This document shows, piece after piece, positions 60,771-64,000 of a stretch of DNA of 64,000 nucleotides. The stretch is from Dehalococcoidia bacterium. Its GTDB lineage: Bacteria > Chloroflexota > Dehalococcoidia > UBA6926. The position numbers and the translations under genes were made by a program. The stretch spans positions 320,001 through 384,000 of the forward strand of contig CAXXET010000006.1 in the NCBI GenBank assembly GCA_963666115.2. Direction: 5' to 3'. How positions within the stretch are numbered: the first letter of the stretch is position 1; every line of letters begins with the position of its first letter. The notes below the pieces were generated by a model. It was not told the DNA's origin, did no database searches, and saw only the letters and a program-made list of their open reading frames with translations.

Positions 60771-60788
60771 TTCCCGCGAAAGCGGGAA
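60771..60788. repeat. REP-like palindrome TTCCCGC-GAAA-GCGGGAA
   Basis: Perfect 7-bp inverted repeat with GAAA loop, intergenic. Confidence 0.6.
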
Positions 60789-60872
60789 TCTAGACCACAA
60801 TATCACCTTAACATCATCTAAAATCCAAAATAAGTCACCACTCCGTAATACAAAACCTAGTATCCTTGACGC

Positions 60873-63800
60873 ATGGTCACCCTCCCCCACATCCCCACAC
60901 CGTCCGCAACCTGGCGAACCCTCGCCCTAACCATCCTCGTCCTCATCGCCGCCGCCATGGCATGGTCATCCGCCCCCCAGGCCGCCGCCCAATCCGCCCC
61001 CGGCCAGGTCGCATCCGTCACCGTCACCCGCGCCAACGCCACCCTCACCGCCATGTGGAACGCCCCCGCAGGCGCGACCAAGTACCACATCACGTATAGC
61101 TCCGACAACAAGAAGAGTTGGAGCGCAGCCGCCGGCCCCAACGACAACCACGCCGCCACCACCATCGACATCACCGGCATCGACGTCTCGAAGAGCTATG
61201 TCGTCGGCGTCCGCGCGGGAAACGCCCACGGCTGGGGCCAGTGGCGCAACTCGGCGAGCAACTCGCCCGATCCGCCGCCGGGCAAGCCCGGCACAATCAC
61301 CGTGAGACGCGCCGACGGCACGCTCACCGCCTCCTGGGATGCCGTCAACGGCGCGGACAAGTACCACGTCACCTACAGCTCGGACAACCGCAAGAGTTGG
61401 AGCCTCGCCGCCCACGCCCACACCACGACCGGCATCACTTTCAACGTCAACAACGCCCTCACCTATATCGTGGGTGTGCGCGCCGGCAAGACCGTCGGTA
61501 ACGCTACACTGTGGAGCGGCTGGCGCAACTCGTCGTCGAGCGGCTCTGTGGGGCCGCCCGCAGCCCCGGCCGAGGTGTCGACCAACCGGGTCTGCGACAG
61601 CAAGTTCTCGTTCAGTTGGACGCCGGTGGCGGGCGCGACGGGCTACGACCTCGTCAGCAGCCCCAACAACCGCAAGAGCTGGCAGCGTCTGGCCACGAAC
61701 ACGGGCGTGACAGGCGGTGTGTTCACCAGCTGGCAGAAGGACAAGACCTACTACATCGCCGTGCGGGCGCGGAACGCCAACGGGATGAGCGGCTGGACCA
61801 ACTCCGCCGCCGCGCCCGCGCCCGCCTGCAAGGCCGGCAACCCGAAAGCAGTGACCGCCACCACGCACGGGACGGCGGGCGGCAGCATCACGACGACGTG
61901 GGACGCGGGCCATCGCGCCAGCGCCTACAACCTCAACTACCAGGTGGGCTCCAACTGGACGCGCATCGCATCCAACATTTCCGCCACAACGCACACCAAC
62001 ACTGTGACCGGCACGGACGCAGTTCAGTTCGCCGTGCAATCGATCGGCAACGGTACAACGAGCGAGTGGAGCCACGCGAACATCGGCTGGCTCACCGCGT
62101 CCAACCCCACCGCAACCGGCGCAACCCTCGCCCTCGCAGGCCACTCCGGCAGTTGGCACGTCAAGAAGACATCGCCCTCTCCCGCCGGAACATGCTCCTC
62201 CGCCATCAGCGGCGCAACGCACACGCTCTCCACCCTGACCGGCAGCACAACCTACACCGTCACCGCCTACAGCGATGCCGTCTGCGCGAACGCCATCGGC
62301 AGCGCAACCTTCACGACGACCCAGTCCTCCGCCCTCCCCTCCGCCCCCGCCGCGCCAACGCTGACGACTGGCAACGCGCGCCTCACAGTGGACTGGACCG
62401 CCGCCGCGCACAACGGCGCACTCATCACGGATTACGATTTCCGCTACCGCACGGTGGGCACGTCCACCTGGAGCGGCGCCTACATCCAGGGCGCAAGCTA
62501 CAGCCCCGGTTCTCTGGGGAACTGGAAGCAAAGCAACGGTAGCGCGGGGATGGCGCTGGACCTGGGAAACGTCAGCCTCTCCGGCCTGACGGTGACCAAG
62601 GTATCCACCGGCGGCATCTCCAACGTCTATAAGATCAGCGAGGCAGTCGGCGGCTTCCGCCTGAAACTGAATGCGAAGAACGCCTGGAACTATACGCTGA
62701 CGTACCAGGCGCGCTACGCCGCTACCGCCCCGTCCACGAGCAACATGAACACCCACGGCACGCTCTTGTGGGAGCAGTCGGCCGGCTCCGGCTCGTCGTT
62801 CACCAAGGACGCCTCCACACTCGCCCTCCCCGCCAACACCCACTTCTGGGTCACGACGACCGCCGATGGCCGCACGGACATCGTCACGCCCACAATCCAG
62901 GCGGACGCCGCCACCGTCCCCTCTCCGCTGCGCGGCACGGTCACCGGCCTGACCAACGGCACGAACTACGACGTCCAGGTGCGCGCCGTCAACGCCAACG
63001 GCCTCGGCCCATGGTCGCCCTCGGGCACGCTCAAGGCGGGGCTGCCCGCCCGGCCCGCCGCGCCCGCGCTCGTCTCCGGCAATAGCCGGATGACCGTCAA
63101 CTGGGTCGCCGCCAACGGCAACGGCTCCACCATCACCGACTATGACATCCGCTATTCGTCCAACGGCGGCTCCACCTGGACGACCCTTGAGATGAACGCC
63201 GCCGCGAACACCGCCCGCTCCTACACAATCATGAGCCTCAACAACGACACGGCCTACGTCGTCCGGCTCCGCGCCACCAACACCCACGGCGACAGCGTCT
63301 GGTCGCCGTCCTCCGCATCCGTCGAAGCAGGCACGCCCGATCCGCCCACCGCTCCCGCGCTCACCCCCGGCTCCGGCCAGGTCACGGCGACGTGGACGGC
63401 CCCCGCCAACAACGGCTCGGCCATCACCGATTACGATCTGCGCTACTGCTCGACGGCCTGTTCGACGGCCAGCAACTGGACGTTCGTCGAGAACGGCACG
63501 TCCGCGGGCACGACCGCCACCATCCCGAACCTGACCGACGGCACGCCCTACCAGGTGGAGGTGCGAGCCACGAACGGGCGCGGCGACAGCGGATGGTCGC
63601 CTGCCACAACTCTTGCCACCCTCACCGCCAGCCAGGTCACCGGCGTCACGGCCACGCTCACCTTCGCCAAGGGCAGCCACAGCGGCAGCTGGTACCTCAA
63701 GAAGACCGCGCCAACCCCGGCCGGAACCTGCTCATCCACCATCGCCGTGACAACGACGACGCAGAACCTCACCAACCTCACGCGCAACACCGCCTACACC

Positions 63801-64000
63801 TATTTCGCCTACTCCGACTCCGCCTGCGCGACGGCCATCGCCCGCATCGCGTTCTCTACTCTCCCGTCCACGCTTACTGCCAGCGCGTCCAACACGTCGC
63901 CTACGCTCACCATCGCCCACCACACCGGCAGCTGGTACGTCAAGGAGACAAGCCCCTCCACCACCGGCACCTGCTCCTCCGCCATCTCGGGGACGACCCA
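60873..64000 (+). CDS. Large secreted fibronectin type III repeat protein (3' end outside window)
   Basis: MVTLPHIP..LALTILVLIAAAMAWSSAPQAAA signal peptide, then repeated FN3 motifs (LTAxW, NGSxITDYDxRY, YxVxVRAxN); absent from the ORF track, consistent with no stop in the window. Confidence 0.85.
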   Translation, partial: MVTLPHIPTPSATWRTLALTILVLIAAAMAWSSAPQAAAQSAPGQVASVTVTRANATLTAMWNAPAGATKYHITYSSDNKKSWSAAAGPNDNHAATTIDITGIDVSKSYVVGVRAGNAHGWGQWRNSASNSPDPPPGKPGTITVRRADGTLTASWDAVNGADKYHVTYSSDNRKSWSLAAHAHTTTGITFNVNNALTYIVGVRAGKTVGNATLWSGWRNSSSSGSVGPPAAPAEVSTNRVCDSKFSFSWTPVAGATGYDLVSSPNNRKSWQRLATNTGVTGGVFTSWQKDKTYYIAVRARNANGMSGWTNSAAAPAPACKAGNPKAVTATTHGTAGGSITTTWDAGHRASAYNLNYQVGSNWTRIASNISATTHTNTVTGTDAVQFAVQSIGNGTTSEWSHANIGWLTASNPTATGATLALAGHSGSWHVKKTSPSPAGTCSSAISGATHTLSTLTGSTTYTVTAYSDAVCANAIGSATFTTTQSSALPSAPAAPTLTTGNARLTVDWTAAAHNGALITDYDFRYRTVGTSTWSGAYIQGASYSPGSLGNWKQSNGSAGMALDLGNVSLSGLTVTKVSTGGISNVYKISEAVGGFRLKLNAKNAWNYTLTYQARYAATAPSTSNMNTHGTLLWEQSAGSGSSFTKDASTLALPANTHFWVTTTADGRTDIVTPTIQADAATVPSPLRGTVTGLTNGTNYDVQVRAVNANGLGPWSPSGTLKAGLPARPAAPALVSGNSRMTVNWVAANGNGSTITDYDIRYSSNGGSTWTTLEMNAAANTARSYTIMSLNNDTAYVVRLRATNTHGDSVWSPSSASVEAGTPDPPTAPALTPGSGQVTATWTAPANNGSAITDYDLRYCSTACSTASNWTFVENGTSAGTTATIPNLTDGTPYQVEVRATNGRGDSGWSPATTLATLTASQVTGVTATLTFAKGSHSGSWYLKKTAPTPAGTCSSTIAVTTTTQNLTNLTRNTAYTYFAYSDSACATAIARIAFSTLPSTLTASASNTSPTLTIAHHTGSWYVKETSPSTTGTCSSAISGTT

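Noticed and set aside
60966-63680. 904-aa minus-strand ORF
   Set aside because: Antisense shadow of the plus-strand FN3 gene; Gly/Arg/Val-rich with no domain

Overview
High-GC bacterial chromosomal window. Gene content suggests Chloroflexota/Dehalococcoidia (SAR202-like), possibly a host-associated lineage; this is inference from gene content only. Housekeeping blocks are cysS-secG-gatB, hppA-surE, tal-pimA-like-ino1 and nusA-ylxR-infB-truB, plus tRNA-Ala(CGC) and tRNA-Arg(CCT). The most striking accessory item is a thiolase-like gene (16594-17751) interrupted by two in-frame TGA codons. Both fall at catalytic-loop positions and each is followed by a SECIS-like hairpin. An intact paralog of identical length with Ala and Asn at those sites lies next to it, which makes the gene a candidate double-selenocysteine thiolase/aldolase-DUF35 system. 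Second is a translationally coupled four-gene island (PAPS-reductase-like, SF2 helicase, MORC/GHKL ATPase, PLD nuclease) with no methyltransferase, a candidate new DNA-modification/defence system. Also present: a TerY-P-like triad, an AAA ATPase-DUF3226-like pair, a two-gene CBASS, a GPP34-P450/Rieske/MMPL lipid or sterol cluster, an iron-uptake block with repeated operator-like motifs, and a large secreted FN3-repeat protein running off the 3' end that the ORF track misses.
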